Of a stretch of DNA of 64,000 bases, positions 54,603 through 64,000 are shown piece after piece. The DNA comes from an uncultured virus (IMG/VR IMGVR_UViG_3300032397_000009) (taxonomy: Duplodnaviria; Heunggongvirae; Uroviricota; Caudoviricetes), in the IMG/VR virus record IMGVR_UViG_3300032397_000009. One strand, written 5' to 3'. A program made the translations under genes and the position numbers. The notes under the pieces are model-generated. The model was not told where the DNA came from and searched no databases. It saw only the letters and a program-made list of their open reading frames with translations. How positions within the stretch are numbered: position 1 is the stretch's first letter; the number at the start of each line of letters is the position of its first letter.

Positions 54603-55463
54603 TCACCTCTGCACCGGGAACTGCCTCGGCCACTCCCAGGCCGTACTGGGGCCGAGCGTCCACCGCCTCGCGTTGTCCTTCACGAAACAGGGTACTCCGT
54701 AATCGGCGCACCACGAAACGATCCGCCTCGCCGCAGCGATCATAGGCCAGGCATCGGAAGCCCCCGGTCCAGTCTGAAATCCGACGACAACCCAATCGAG
54801 GCCGGCGAGGAGGTCGGGGTCGAAGACGGTATCGAGGAGCGGCTCGACGCTCGCCCACAACACGCTCGGACCGCGCTTTCCCCCGAGACATGAAGGACCG
54901 ACCTGCTCTCGCATGACCCGCACCTTGTCGAGTAGCGTCGCGATGCGCTCCGTGTCCGCGTTGCTCGTGACGCTCACACCGAGGTGGACATTGGCGGGCC
55001 AACGGATATTGAGGCTAAGCAGGTCGGGGCGCTTCGTGAGGAGGAGAACCGTGTGACCGGCCGCGCCCACTCGCTCGGACCACTTGGCTGTCTCGTTCTG
55101 CACCTCAAGGGTAAAGAGATCGCTGAAACGCTCTCCGTTCCCTCCGAAGCTCCGGGCCGTTCCCTTGAAGCACATGTCTCCCATGCTGCCGACGAACACG
55201 CGCCGGGGTCGCACCGTGTATCCCGCGTGCATGCCACCGCGCCGGTACTTGGTCAGGCGCTCCTGCTCGCGTTGTAGAACGTCCCAGTGGAACGCGACCT
55301 CGAACGGGTCTTCGTCGATGCCGCTGTTCTTGACCCGCTCGTACACGGAGCCTGGGATCGATCCCAACCGACGTGCCATGCGCCGAGCGTAGCACCACGA
55401 GCAGCCACCGCGACAGCCGGTGAAGGGGTTGATGGTGATGTCACACCAGTCGATCTTGGTCAT
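54603..55463 (-). CDS. phage Gp37/Gp68 (DUF5131) radical-SAM-like protein
   Basis: TKIDWCD...NPFTGCRGGCSWCYA, VFVGSMGD, LLTKRP, SVEPLL, WVVVG. Confidence 0.88.
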   Translation of the reverse strand: MTKIDWCDITINPFTGCRGGCSWCYARRMARRLGSIPGSVYERVKNSGIDEDPFEVAFHWDVLQREQERLTKYRRGGMHAGYTVRPRRVFVGSMGDMCFKGTARSFGGNGERFSDLFTLEVQNETAKWSERVGAAGHTVLLLTKRPDLLSLNIRWPANVHLGVSVTSNADTERIATLLDKVRVMREQVGPSCLGGKRGPSVLWASVEPLLDTVFDPDLLAGLDWVVVGFQTGPGASDAWPMIAAARRIVSWCADYGVPCFVKDNARRWTLGPSTAWEWPRQFPVQR

Positions 55464-56314
55464 CGCGCAACCTCTTCTTCCACCACCGTGGGCACAACCC
55501 TGGACTGCTCATCTTTACTCTCAATGTCAGCAAGCGACTTGAGCATGTCCTTCGCACCTTTCTCGACGCAACGCAGGCTGTCCACCATGTTTCGGATGCT
55601 GCCCCCATGGTACTCGCCGTCCAGCGCGGAACCGAGACGATAGCAGTGCGAGATCCTCGCCACGTCGACGCGCCAGTTGAAGGGGTCGGTGAGGTCGATT
55701 CCAGTTCCGATCTTGAAATCCTCGACTCGTTTCTGTAGGTGTCCGAAATCGCGTTTGACGATCCCAGCCTCTATCGGAGCCAACGTCTTCCCGTGTTCGA
55801 TCGCTTTATTGATTTCGTCCTGAATATTCTCGCGCCTGACCCAGCCCTCGTTCTCCTTGGCGACCATTCCCTGGGCCCGGCGCAGGATCGACGCGAGAAA
55901 TCCTCTGGATATCGGTGCCGCCTCCGTCATCGTCGCCGCACGCGCGACGCGCAGCCCACCCTTCTCCTTCGCAACCATGAGCCCCCAGGCCGGAGGGAGC
56001 TCGAGGTCGACGTCCCGCACGAGATCGGGTGGAGCGACCACCCACCACTCGTCGCAGTACTTCGCCACGGTTTCGGCCTTCATCGGGTCGGCGGCCTCTT
56101 TCTTCAGATCCTGACGAGAAACCTTGACCTCGAACCCTCGCAGCGTCAGCCCCCTCGACGGCCAGAGAGACATCGCGACAGCGTCGGCGTAGCGCCGCAC
56201 GTTGCTGCCGGTGGAGTTCGCCACCTCGAAGAAGCAGGCCCACTCCGGTGGCGCGTGGACGGCGGCGATGCGCTTACAAAGATCGCCTGCGGTGATGCGG
56301 TCGTTTCGGTTCAT
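55460..56314 (-). CDS. MmcB-like PD-(D/E)xK nuclease-fold protein
   Basis: FEV...RYADA...LWPSRG...GFEVKVSRQD...WGL. Confidence 0.75.
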   Translation of the reverse strand: MNRNDRITAGDLCKRIAAVHAPPEWACFFEVANSTGSNVRRYADAVAMSLWPSRGLTLRGFEVKVSRQDLKKEAADPMKAETVAKYCDEWWVVAPPDLVRDVDLELPPAWGLMVAKEKGGLRVARAATMTEAAPISRGFLASILRRAQGMVAKENEGWVRRENIQDEINKAIEHGKTLAPIEAGIVKRDFGHLQKRVEDFKIGTGIDLTDPFNWRVDVARISHCYRLGSALDGEYHGGSIRNMVDSLRCVEKGAKDMLKSLADIESKDEQSRVVPTVVEEEVAR

Positions 56315-56934
56315 CAGATCCTCCGCTCTGCGACCTCGAACCCGTACGCCCAGACCCACTCATTCTTGATGACGTGTCGATTCTTCTTCGGATAGACACT
56401 GAGCCACAACTGGAAGAACGCATCGCTGGCGCGCGCCGGCGGTGTCGGTGGTGGCATCTCGCGCCTTCCCTGCCACCACCAGAGGGCGCCCTCCCGCTCC
56501 GCGTCTGCATCCGTGATCTCGCCGAGCCGCTCGGCCTTCACCTCTGTGATCCGCAGAACGAACGGCGCCAGAGCGGCCGGCATGATGCGGGAGGTCTTCC
56601 AGGCGTATTTGAACGGCTTCAGTTCTTCCTCTTTCACCCTGATGGTGTTTGCGAATCGATAATGCAATTCGGTCTTGTCACCGTTTTGAATGTACGCGCA
56701 CGTCGCCGCCACGAACTCGCCGACCTTGAAGCGAGGACGGAGCACGGAGATGTTTCCATCCCACCGGATAGACGGGGCCGGGAGTCCATTCGGATCCTCG
56801 GTGTAAAACTTCCAGAACATGCGGCCCTTAGCATCCGGCGTCGCCCGCTTCTCCGGCCTGCGAGTCATGGACTTCTGCGACGGATTCGCCGCGATCGCCC
56901 TCATCATGTCGTCGCTGAACGCCAGGCGCTTCAT
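56314..56934 (-). CDS. ASCH/PUA-like phage protein
   Basis: FSDDMMRAI...KSMTRR, IMP...LRITEVKAERLGEITDADAEREG...WVW. Confidence 0.7.
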   Translation of the reverse strand: MKRLAFSDDMMRAIAANPSQKSMTRRPEKRATPDAKGRMFWKFYTEDPNGLPAPSIRWDGNISVLRPRFKVGEFVAATCAYIQNGDKTELHYRFANTIRVKEEELKPFKYAWKTSRIMPAALAPFVLRITEVKAERLGEITDADAEREGALWWWQGRREMPPPTPPARASDAFFQLWLSVYPKKNRHVIKNEWVWAYGFEVAERRI

Positions 56935-57179
56935 GGGTTCACCTCCTCGATGTCGTGACCGGGACAACCCTCGGCGTCGGTCCAGCCCTCGCAAGGCTGT
57001 CCGATCGGGAGGTACTTCACGCCCTTGGACAGCAGACCGGCGAGAGCGCTCCTCATCTCGTGAATGGTCTTGGGCTTCCTGCCCTCGACCCTGAGCGCGC
57101 CCATCGCCCGGCGCAGGAACCTCGTATCGGCAGCGAGGAGGCCAGCCACGTCGACCTGGAAGTGCATCTGGTTCCTCAC
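56931..57179 (-). CDS. hypothetical protein
   Basis: C..W....GCPGH tail; coupled. Confidence 0.6.
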   Translation of the reverse strand: MRNQMHFQVDVAGLLAADTRFLRRAMGALRVEGRKPKTIHEMRSALAGLLSKGVKYLPIGQPCEGWTDAEGCPGHDIEEVNP

Positions 57180-57730
57180 TCCACGCCCCCGTCGACATCG
57201 AGATCGGTTTCCGAGGAGCCCGCCCGCACACCGTCAGCGCGCGGCTCCTCGTCCGAGGCCGGGTGCTCGTCAGGCGCCGGTCGCTCGGTTCGGCAGTTCT
57301 GCTCGTACCTCGCGGTCATGCTCTTGATCGTCCCGGCGATGATCGCGGTGGCGACCCCGAAGCCCAGGGTCAACGAGCCGAACGTGATCTCCATCGCCTC
57401 CTTCTTCTCCTTCTCCATGTCCTTCGGGATCACCGTGGTCAGCCCGCTGCCGCCGGTCAGCACGCCGAGGCCCAGGTTGAGTTTCGCGAGCAGATCCCGC
57501 TTGTCGAGGAGCTCCTGACAGCGCGCGTCGTTCCAGTAGAGGTCGACGAACGGATTCTCAGCCATGGACGCCATGACCTTGGGGCCGCCGGCGAAGTGCT
57601 CCTCGGCCGCGGTGTACTCCTCGACCGTGATCTGGTCGTAGACCGCAGCGGGCTCGGCCACGCGGGCGACAGGCCCCCCACAGCCAAGAATGGTGAGAGT
57701 TGCCAGGAATGTGATGAGAGTAGGTTTCAT
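57176..57730 (-). CDS. putative lipoprotein/membrane protein
   Basis: ILGC lipobox-like; two hydrophobic segments. Confidence 0.6.
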   Translation of the reverse strand: MKPTLITFLATLTILGCGGPVARVAEPAAVYDQITVEEYTAAEEHFAGGPKVMASMAENPFVDLYWNDARCQELLDKRDLLAKLNLGLGVLTGGSGLTTVIPKDMEKEKKEAMEITFGSLTLGFGVATAIIAGTIKSMTARYEQNCRTERPAPDEHPASDEEPRADGVRAGSSETDLDVDGGVE

Positions 57731-57732
57731 CT

Positions 57733-58158
57733 TTACGCGCTCCTCTTGGCGATCCTATCGCCCCTTGTGGCCTCGAGCTCGCCCGGCTCGAGGCGTCTGA
57801 ACACCCGGTACTCCCGGTTCAACGGCCGATACCACGCCACGTCACCGAGGATCGGCTCGTAGTGGAGGGCGAGCACGCGACCGTCGTACTCCGACCCCAG
57901 CAGACGCAACGCCTCGTTGTACTGGGCGTTGCGGGAGTTGTACTGGTTCTCGAGCAGGCTCGTTTTCCGGTGCTCAGACTGCGTGAACGCCCGGAGCGCC
58001 TCGCGGCCCATCTGCCCGCACCGCAGCCACTCGTTCTCGTAGCGGTTGACGGCGTTGACGTACGCCTCCTCGACGTGCGCCCGACGGGCCGAGTACTCTC
58101 GTACCCTGCGGAGATATTCGCGACCATCGTCGGTGCTGATGCAGAATCCTGGTGTCAT
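57733..58158 (-). CDS. hypothetical protein
   Basis: GAGGAG RBS, start MTPGF. Confidence 0.55.
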   Translation of the reverse strand: MTPGFCISTDDGREYLRRVREYSARRAHVEEAYVNAVNRYENEWLRCGQMGREALRAFTQSEHRKTSLLENQYNSRNAQYNEALRLLGSEYDGRVLALHYEPILGDVAWYRPLNREYRVFRRLEPGELEATRGDRIAKRSA

Positions 58159-58457
58159 CGGATCTCCTCGTACAAGTACGACCAGTCGAGAGAGGTGGCG
58201 ACATCGAACGCGGTACTCGGCGGTGGGATGGTGGATTCGAGGTGTTCCATCTCTCCGTTTATCCACGCCTGGGCGGCGCAGTAGTCTTTCCTCGCCGCGT
58301 CCCGCTCTGCCAGCAGCTCCGAGACGTGGGAGAGGAGGGCGAGGCGGGCGGCGTTGACACGCTCGATATTGAGCGGCCTAGCCATCCCGGTCCTCATCGC
58401 ATTGCAGACGGCTACCTCGAATTCATCCAGCAGCTCCTCGAACTTCTTGTCGCTCAT
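58155..58457 (-). CDS. hypothetical protein
   Basis: Start MSDKK after GGAGG. Confidence 0.55.
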   Translation of the reverse strand: MSDKKFEELLDEFEVAVCNAMRTGMARPLNIERVNAARLALLSHVSELLAERDAARKDYCAAQAWINGEMEHLESTIPPPSTAFDVATSLDWSYLYEEIR

Positions 58458-58711
58458 CTTCCCCCTCCATCGCTGTCGGGCGGGGTGTTCCACGCTACGA
58501 CGCCGCGCTTTCGCGAATCCTCCCCATTCGACACGTCGCTCATTGGATACCCGTCGTTGACGTGTCTTCCCTCTGCATCACGGCGCAATCCGTGCACATA
58601 GCACCGATGCTTCCCTTTGTGCCCGCGCCATCCATCGCAACGGAATTCGACGAGCGCATCCGGCCCGATGGACGCATTGACCAAGAGTAAGTCTCCGCAA
58701 AGTTTCCTCAT
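58454..58711 (-). CDS. hypothetical protein
   Basis: CxxxxGHxGxH; coupled. Confidence 0.5.
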   Translation of the reverse strand: MRKLCGDLLLVNASIGPDALVEFRCDGWRGHKGKHRCYVHGLRRDAEGRHVNDGYPMSDVSNGEDSRKRGVVAWNTPPDSDGGGR

Positions 58712-59208
58712 GGCGTCCCCTTCTCTCCCGGCGTCGGTATGCGGACGGGCCAGTATTCGCGCGGCCGTCCCTCGAATTCAAATGGGTAGCCCGCGTCGTC
58801 ATCTTCCAGTTCGAGGACGTGAACTTCCGTGCTGCCGACGAATCGCCAGAACCACAGCCCCGGCTCCGTCGGCGGCTCCCCCATCCACTCCACCGCCGGT
58901 CCCGGCACGGCGTCGGATGCGGCGAGGATGCGACACCGCTCGACAACGTACTCGACGCACCCCTCGGGGCGCATCATGTGGACGTCGTGCATCAAATGCC
59001 AAACCGGGTCGGGCGGTCCTATCTGCCGTCGCCATCGAGAAACAATGTATTCCAGTGCCTCCCGCGCCGCCCTCTCCTCCTCCGTCACCTGCCCGTGGCC
59101 GGGGGCGGCTGCCGTACATGATGCACCGTTTAGTTTTCCGTCGAGGCAGATGTGATTCGGCACCGATTTCTCGAACGGAAAACGCGCATTGCAAATCGAA
59201 CACCTCAT
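58708..59208 (-). CDS. hypothetical protein
   Basis: CSIC; PTEPGLWFW; GGAGG RBS. Confidence 0.55.
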   Translation of the reverse strand: MRCSICNARFPFEKSVPNHICLDGKLNGASCTAAAPGHGQVTEEERAAREALEYIVSRWRRQIGPPDPVWHLMHDVHMMRPEGCVEYVVERCRILAASDAVPGPAVEWMGEPPTEPGLWFWRFVGSTEVHVLELEDDDAGYPFEFEGRPREYWPVRIPTPGEKGTP

Positions 59209-59516
59209 GCTCCCTCCTCTTTCTGTCCCTCTCCCGTTGCAAGCCCCGTGCCGGGGCGGGGCGGGAGGCGGCGATCTCTGCGTCCGAGGAAATGGACGAG
59301 CACGTATTCAATCCACGACACCGTCTCGTTCGTGACGGTGTGCTCTTGCAACTTCTCCGCGAACCGCCGCGCGCCCTCCTCCACGCCCGCAGCGTGGCCG
59401 TCCACCCATCCGGCTGCGTACCCCACGTTCCATCCACGAGCCTCGCCAACGGTGGACAGCCGCTCGGGTCGCAGGGCTTCTATCTCTTCGTGCGTCGGGG
59501 TCTTCACATCACACAT
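59205..59516 (-). CDS. hypothetical protein
   Basis: Start MCDVK; GxxxG repeats. Confidence 0.5.
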   Translation of the reverse strand: MCDVKTPTHEEIEALRPERLSTVGEARGWNVGYAAGWVDGHAAGVEEGARRFAEKLQEHTVTNETVSWIEYVLVHFLGRRDRRLPPRPGTGLATGEGQKEEGA

Positions 59517-60663
59517 CGGTCGGCTCCTTTCGAGCGAGGTAGCTGGCGGCTGCCTCCGCGATTTCTTTCTGCGTTTCCGTGTCGAACTCGGTTCGGCACA
59601 CCTCCGCGAACTCTCGAACCGCTTCGTCGCGCGCGGCGGCGAGCGCGGCAATAGCCTTTTCATATCGCCTAATCAGTTCATGTAAGCACCCCTCAATACC
59701 TACGGCCTCCAATAACGTAACTCCCTCCTCTGAGAGAAAGGGCTCATCTATAAGTACCTTTTTGAGAAGTATTTCACAGCGCCCAAACATTGAATGTTCG
59801 GGGACATCGACAAACGTTGACCCGGTATTTGATTCGCGCAGACGCCTAACTTCCTCCTTTAATTCATGCACTTCCTTGTCCCAGGGTCCAGCAAGTTTCA
59901 TATACAATTCTAATCGCTGTTGTGCTTCATCCCGATCTCCCTCCGCCTTCACCGCATCGGCTCGCGCGGCGGCGAGGGCGGATGGAATGTAGTCGAAGAA
60001 CGAGCGACCCACCGGAGTGAATTTCTCGCAGTGCTTCTGGGCGATCTCACACGCCTTCACCCACTGCTTATTCAGTCCCTCGTACCGTTCGACTATGCGT
60101 TCAACGTGCGCCACAATGGCCGTCGAATCGATTCCCCTGTCGCACGGATCTCCATCTTCGTCGCGCTCGACCACAGAGGTGATCCGTCCGTCGTCGGTCG
60201 TGTAAATGGCGAGTTTGATCGGACCGGACGCCGCATTGGCCTCCTTCCATGCCTCCTCGATCTCAATGTCGCGATCCTTGATGATCGCCTGTGACTCGTC
60301 GAACCCCTCCCGCAGCCTATCCCGCTCGGCCTCCGCAGCACGCAGCGAGGCCAGTGCGGCGGCTCCGTTCGCGCGTGATTCGTGTAGCATCCGTGCCGCG
60401 AACTCCGGCACGCACGTCCCGCCATCGTCCGGGTAGCCGAACTCGGTCAGCAGCACGGCGAGGAGCGGTTCGTTGCGCGCTTTCATCCTTTCCGCCCGCT
60501 CCTCGGCTGCGGCAAGGCGGGAGGTGAGAGAGGCGATTTCTGTGGCGTCTGCCTCGGCGGTTCGCTGGAGTTGCAATTCCAGATTGGCGTTCTTAGATTC
60601 GAGGTCGTTCACGATTCGCCGCAGTGTCATCGGGTTGTCGCTCCCTGCGAAATTCTGTCCCAT
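59509..60663 (-). CDS. coiled-coil mosaic phage protein
   Basis: Start MGQNF after GAGGAG; repeated AE(A/G)xRD heptads; AT-rich patch near 59650-59930. Confidence 0.6.
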   Translation of the reverse strand: MGQNFAGSDNPMTLRRIVNDLESKNANLELQLQRTAEADATEIASLTSRLAAAEERAERMKARNEPLLAVLLTEFGYPDDGGTCVPEFAARMLHESRANGAAALASLRAAEAERDRLREGFDESQAIIKDRDIEIEEAWKEANAASGPIKLAIYTTDDGRITSVVERDEDGDPCDRGIDSTAIVAHVERIVERYEGLNKQWVKACEIAQKHCEKFTPVGRSFFDYIPSALAAARADAVKAEGDRDEAQQRLELYMKLAGPWDKEVHELKEEVRRLRESNTGSTFVDVPEHSMFGRCEILLKKVLIDEPFLSEEGVTLLEAVGIEGCLHELIRRYEKAIAALAAARDEAVREFAEVCRTEFDTETQKEIAEAAASYLARKEPTDV

Positions 60664-60667
60664 CTCC

Positions 60668-61066
60668 TCACTCCTCTCCCCGACTCGCCGCGAGGGCGGG
60701 CACACCAAGGTGCAGTGCGTCCACGCGCTCTCTGTAGTTGTTCGACCGGATCCGCTCGAGTTCGCGCTCCCGACACTCGAGGCGGTGCCTGGTCTTGTCG
60801 TGCGCTGCCGTTTCGTCGAGGAAGCGGCGCTCCAGGCGGGTGACCTCGTCTTGAAGGTCGCGCATTTTCCATTCGAAATCGACCTGCTCGTAGTGATACG
60901 AGTCGAGCATCTCGGCCATCCCGGTGATGAGTTCGAATAGACACGCCGCGCAGAAGTATTTGCGCCCTCCACATACCGGCTCGACAATGATGTACTCGCC
61001 CGCGTGCTTCTCACAGACCGTTCCTGCAAAGACACGACAGGAGTCCCAGGGTTGCGGCGTATCCAT
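60668..61066 (-). CDS. Cys-rich plus coiled-coil protein
   Basis: GGAGGAG upstream; CAAC. Confidence 0.55.
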   Translation of the reverse strand: MDTPQPWDSCRVFAGTVCEKHAGEYIIVEPVCGGRKYFCAACLFELITGMAEMLDSYHYEQVDFEWKMRDLQDEVTRLERRFLDETAAHDKTRHRLECRERELERIRSNNYRERVDALHLGVPALAASRGEE

Positions 61067-61384
61067 CTACTCCTCCGCGTCCGCTGCGGCCAGGATCTCT
61101 TTGTAGAGGTACTGCCAGCCGTGCTCGTCGGCGACTCCCTTGGGAGATGCACGCCTGTCGTCCTTGTTCTTCCATTCGACATGTCGAGAGTGCGCCTCCA
61201 TGAGGCATAGTCCCCAGCGTGCCTCATCCCGGTCGCGGCGCAGAGCGGGGACACAGGTTTCTCCTGCGCGAATGGTCACACAAACCATCCCGCTGACAGC
61301 ACAATTTAAGATGCACAAGCAGTCGTTAGAGCACACGGGCTCCCCATCGACGTAGACCGGGTTGATGTCTTTGGTGTCAGTCAT
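61067..61384 (-). CDS. hypothetical Cys-rich protein
   Basis: Start MTDTK. Confidence 0.5.
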   Translation of the reverse strand: MTDTKDINPVYVDGEPVCSNDCLCILNCAVSGMVCVTIRAGETCVPALRRDRDEARWGLCLMEAHSRHVEWKNKDDRRASPKGVADEHGWQYLYKEILAAADAEE

Positions 61385-61530
61385 CTTTGCTCTCCGTATA
61401 TCCAAACAGGTAGTCGAAAGGTTCCTCGATCACCGGAGCCAAATCCCTCTCGGCCCGCAGATCTTCTACCTCACGCGACAGCCGAGCCGTCGTACTGTTC
61501 GGGTGGTACTTCCGCATGTGCTGCTCGAAG

Positions 61531-61860
61531 TCAGTCTTCATCGTCATACCCCTTGATGCGAACGTGCTGGAACCTCGGGTCGCCCGCGCCGCGCAGCATT
61601 AGGATCATGCGGTCGTTGGACACGTCCTCGGGAGCCAGCGCGTTCAGCCGGTTCTCCCACCAGTCATGCACGGCTTCCTGCTGGGAGTCGCCACTACCAC
61701 AGATCTCCATATCTCCCGCAGGCTCCATCCGCTCCGCGACCCATTCATTCGGGGAGATCTCTTTCAGCCTCCCGTGGTAGTCCTGCTCGAACTCCCTCAC
61801 GCTCGGCGTGCGCTTCCAGTCTTCTTCCCAGAGGCGCAAGTCTTTGTAGGAGGCGGTCAC
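61531..61860 (-). CDS. hypothetical protein
   Basis: GTG start after AAGGAG. Confidence 0.45.
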   Translation of the reverse strand: MTASYKDLRLWEEDWKRTPSVREFEQDYHGRLKEISPNEWVAERMEPAGDMEICGSGDSQQEAVHDWWENRLNALAPEDVSNDRMILMLRGAGDPRFQHVRIKGYDDED

Positions 61861-62014
61861 CTCAGTGCTCCTTCGATCCAGGCAGCCAGGTCGCGGACAT
61901 GCTGCTCGAGCACCACCCTCCACACAAGATTTCGGAACCTCCTCTTGCACTCTTTCAGGATTCGCCGATTCCACTTTATGGTGTTGGCGATGTCCCGTGG
62001 AATGCGAGTGTATT

Positions 62015-62305
62015 TCACTTCGGGTTCTCCTTCGCGGGTTGATCTGGCGTCTTGCCGTGTCCCCAGAACTGCTGCCGGTACGCCCGCAGCCGGGTCGACA
62101 GGCAGTTCATTTGGCGGATGATTTCCGAAACCTCCAGGTCCAGACACTCCTGACAGATCTCCAGTGGCCTTTTCTCGAGGATGGAGATCGCGACGGCCTC
62201 CATGGCGTCCCAGGTCGTCTCCTTGAACGGCCTCTGTAGCCCGCACCGCGTCCTGAGCTCCGCACCCTCCTCACACGACTGGCCTACTTCTCGCAGGTGC
62301 ATCAA
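62015..62305 (-). CDS. hypothetical zinc-binding protein
   Basis: AAGGAG RBS; H...RCG...CQEC. Confidence 0.5.
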   Translation of the reverse strand: MMHLREVGQSCEEGAELRTRCGLQRPFKETTWDAMEAVAISILEKRPLEICQECLDLEVSEIIRQMNCLSTRLRAYRQQFWGHGKTPDQPAKENPK

Positions 62306-62335
62306 TTTTTGTTCTCCTTCGTGTCGGGCTTGCTG

Positions 62336-62623
62336 TCAGTCATCGTCCTCGTCCTCCTCGTCGTCCTCGTCCTCATCCTCTGGCTCCGGAACCGACCACG
62401 TCTCGGCGTTGCGAAGCGCCCATATCACCTTGCGTGGCACGTCGGTGATCTCGATCCTGGTGTGCCGCAGCACGTTGTCGCGCACTCCGCTGAAGTCGAA
62501 CCCGATGAACGCGGGATCGTGGACGAAGTACACGCCTTCGCCCAACTCGATGCGCCGCCCGGTGTCCAGGTCGACGAGGCCGAAGCGCAGCGTGTACTTA
62601 TCGTCCTCTCGGGAGTCGATCAT
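62336..62623 (-). CDS. hypothetical protein with acidic tail
   Basis: Start MIDSRED; ends EDEDEDDEEDEDDD. Confidence 0.55.
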   Translation of the reverse strand: MIDSREDDKYTLRFGLVDLDTGRRIELGEGVYFVHDPAFIGFDFSGVRDNVLRHTRIEITDVPRKVIWALRNAETWSVPEPEDEDEDDEEDEDDD

Positions 62624-62916
62624 CTGGTCCTTCCCTGCAACGGATGGTTGTTCGCGTACCGCGTCTCCTGTTCTTTTTTCTTCGCGAACGGACGAAGCCA
62701 CTCGAGGTACGTCGGGCAGCTCTTGGACAGGATGTAGTTGTACGCGGCGAGACAGGCGTGGTGATAGTCGACGCCGTCGAACTCGTACACGTCGAGGTAC
62801 ATGCAGTCGTTTCTCATGGTCGTCAGGCCATGGGCCGAGGCGCTGTAGAAGCCGACGTCCGTCACCTTCAGCGTCCTGGTGTCCAGCGTTGCAACGACGT
62901 AGCAGGTTTCCGACAT
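62620..62916 (-). CDS. hypothetical protein
   Basis: Packed in leftward operon. Confidence 0.55.
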   Translation of the reverse strand: MSETCYVVATLDTRTLKVTDVGFYSASAHGLTTMRNDCMYLDVYEFDGVDYHHACLAAYNYILSKSCPTYLEWLRPFAKKKEQETRYANNHPLQGRTR

Positions 62917-62918
62917 GA

Positions 62919-63242
62919 CTAACCCCTGTCCTTGGGAACGATCTCCAGGTTGACGACGTCGAGCATCTCACCCCAGGAGAGACGCGTCTGCGCCATGATG
63001 GCGGCCTCGATCTCCCTGACCCGCGCCTCCGCTTTTCTCTGCTTCCCCTGGGCGGCGAGCAGATCGTCGCGCATCCGGGTCAATTCGCGCACCGCGTTCG
63101 TCTCGGCGCGTTCACGGAGGCTCGACATGTTCTCGAACTCAGCCAGGAGCCCGACGATGATCGACGGATCCTCGACCACGGCTTGGCATTGATCCTCGTA
63201 CGACAGGTTTCTAAGGCGTTGACAAATTGATTTCCAGTCCAT
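62919..63242 (-). CDS. coiled-coil hypothetical protein
   Basis: AAGGAG RBS. Confidence 0.6.
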   Translation of the reverse strand: MDWKSICQRLRNLSYEDQCQAVVEDPSIIVGLLAEFENMSSLRERAETNAVRELTRMRDDLLAAQGKQRKAEARVREIEAAIMAQTRLSWGEMLDVVNLEIVPKDRG

Positions 63243-63245
63243 CGA

Positions 63246-63476
63246 TTACTCCTTGATGTCCTCGGGCCTTGTCTGTGCCACTGCGAGCCCTACCGCCTCG
63301 GTGATCCCGAGAATCTTCGGCATGCCCCACTCGGCGTACTTCGAGGTGTCGCCGTCGTTCTCGACGCGCACGATGATCTCCGCACGCGAGGTGCGCGCGT
63401 AGGCCCGCAGACGCCGCTCGCCCTCGAGCCCTTCCACGATGACCACCTTCTCGAGTTGCCATTTGATTTTCGCCAT
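63246..63476 (-). CDS. hypothetical protein
   Basis: AAGGAG RBS. Confidence 0.6.
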   Translation of the reverse strand: MAKIKWQLEKVVIVEGLEGERRLRAYARTSRAEIIVRVENDGDTSKYAEWGMPKILGITEAVGLAVAQTRPEDIKE

Positions 63477-63479
63477 TTT

Positions 63480-63938
63480 TCACTCCTTCGGCCACAGCCG
63501 GTAGTACTCGGCGGTGTAGAGATCGTTGAGCTTGGCGAGGAGCGCGTCGGCCGCCTCGTTGAACGGCTCGACCTGTCTGTCTATGTGCGCCTCCAAAGCC
63601 TTCCACCAGATCGATCCGTTGTTGTTGCAGCCTTTTCCCGAGCGACCGATCGGGCAGATGTCGCAGCCGTCGATGGGATCCTTGTCCTTGTTCCGCTTGT
63701 TCCGCTTCTCCGCGACCTCGGACCAGTACATGCAGAGGCCGCAGGAGTCGTCGTACAAGTCTTCGCGGTCGCCGTGGAAGAGTCCGCAGCGATTGTCGAC
63801 GCTCCACTTGGCACACGAGAGGCCGAGGGCCATGAGCGGACGGAGCCTGCGCCCGACGCTATCGAGGGCCTCGAAGATGCGACCGCTATGGACGGCGTGG
63901 AGCAGCATGTCCCAGGTCCAGATCTTGATCGGTTTCAT
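63480..63938 (-). CDS. Cys-rich hypothetical protein
   Basis: GGAGG RBS; KW...CGLC...CDICPI...C. Confidence 0.6.
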   Translation of the reverse strand: MKPIKIWTWDMLLHAVHSGRIFEALDSVGRRLRPLMALGLSCAKWSVDNRCGLFHGDREDLYDDSCGLCMYWSEVAEKRNKRNKDKDPIDGCDICPIGRSGKGCNNNGSIWWKALEAHIDRQVEPFNEAADALLAKLNDLYTAEYYRLWPKE

Positions 63939-64000
63939 GGTCTACCTCCCTTGGGGTAGCAGTCGAACGTCGGGTGGACGTGCGCTCGTATCTCGTAGTG

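Overview
The window reads as part of a high-GC bacterial virus (or provirus) genome with no host housekeeping genes. Genes are densely packed with ATGA/TGATG overlaps in five blocks. (1) Leftward early genes, 1-2265. (2) A long rightward block, 2775-44789: a DUF3987-type helicase-like gene followed by an AT-rich ori-like region, GroES, a transglutaminase-like protein, four beta-rich capsid-like genes, spike/fibre-like genes, dozens of small membrane-anchored or Arg/Lys/Cys-rich genes, and a glycan-modification cluster. (3) Leftward regulators and a C5 DNA methyltransferase, 44746-50100. (4) A short rightward block, 50311-52781. (5) A leftward accessory block, 52734-64000. I see no HK97 capsid, portal, terminase, tape measure or A32/FtsK packaging ATPase. 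My working model (inference) is a tailless, internal-membrane, jelly-roll-capsid virus that encodes one single and three internally duplicated jelly-roll-like proteins, condenses DNA with protamine-like Cys-rich peptides, and loads enzymes into the virion through shared membrane or polybasic tags. Directly visible oddities are a tyrosine recombinase with most catalytic residues replaced, a 70-bp repeat 27.7 kb apart that gives two unrelated genes the same C-terminus, mirror-image divergent promoters around a phased GCGAC array, and several paralog families. All family calls are by-eye motif recognition; no searches were run.
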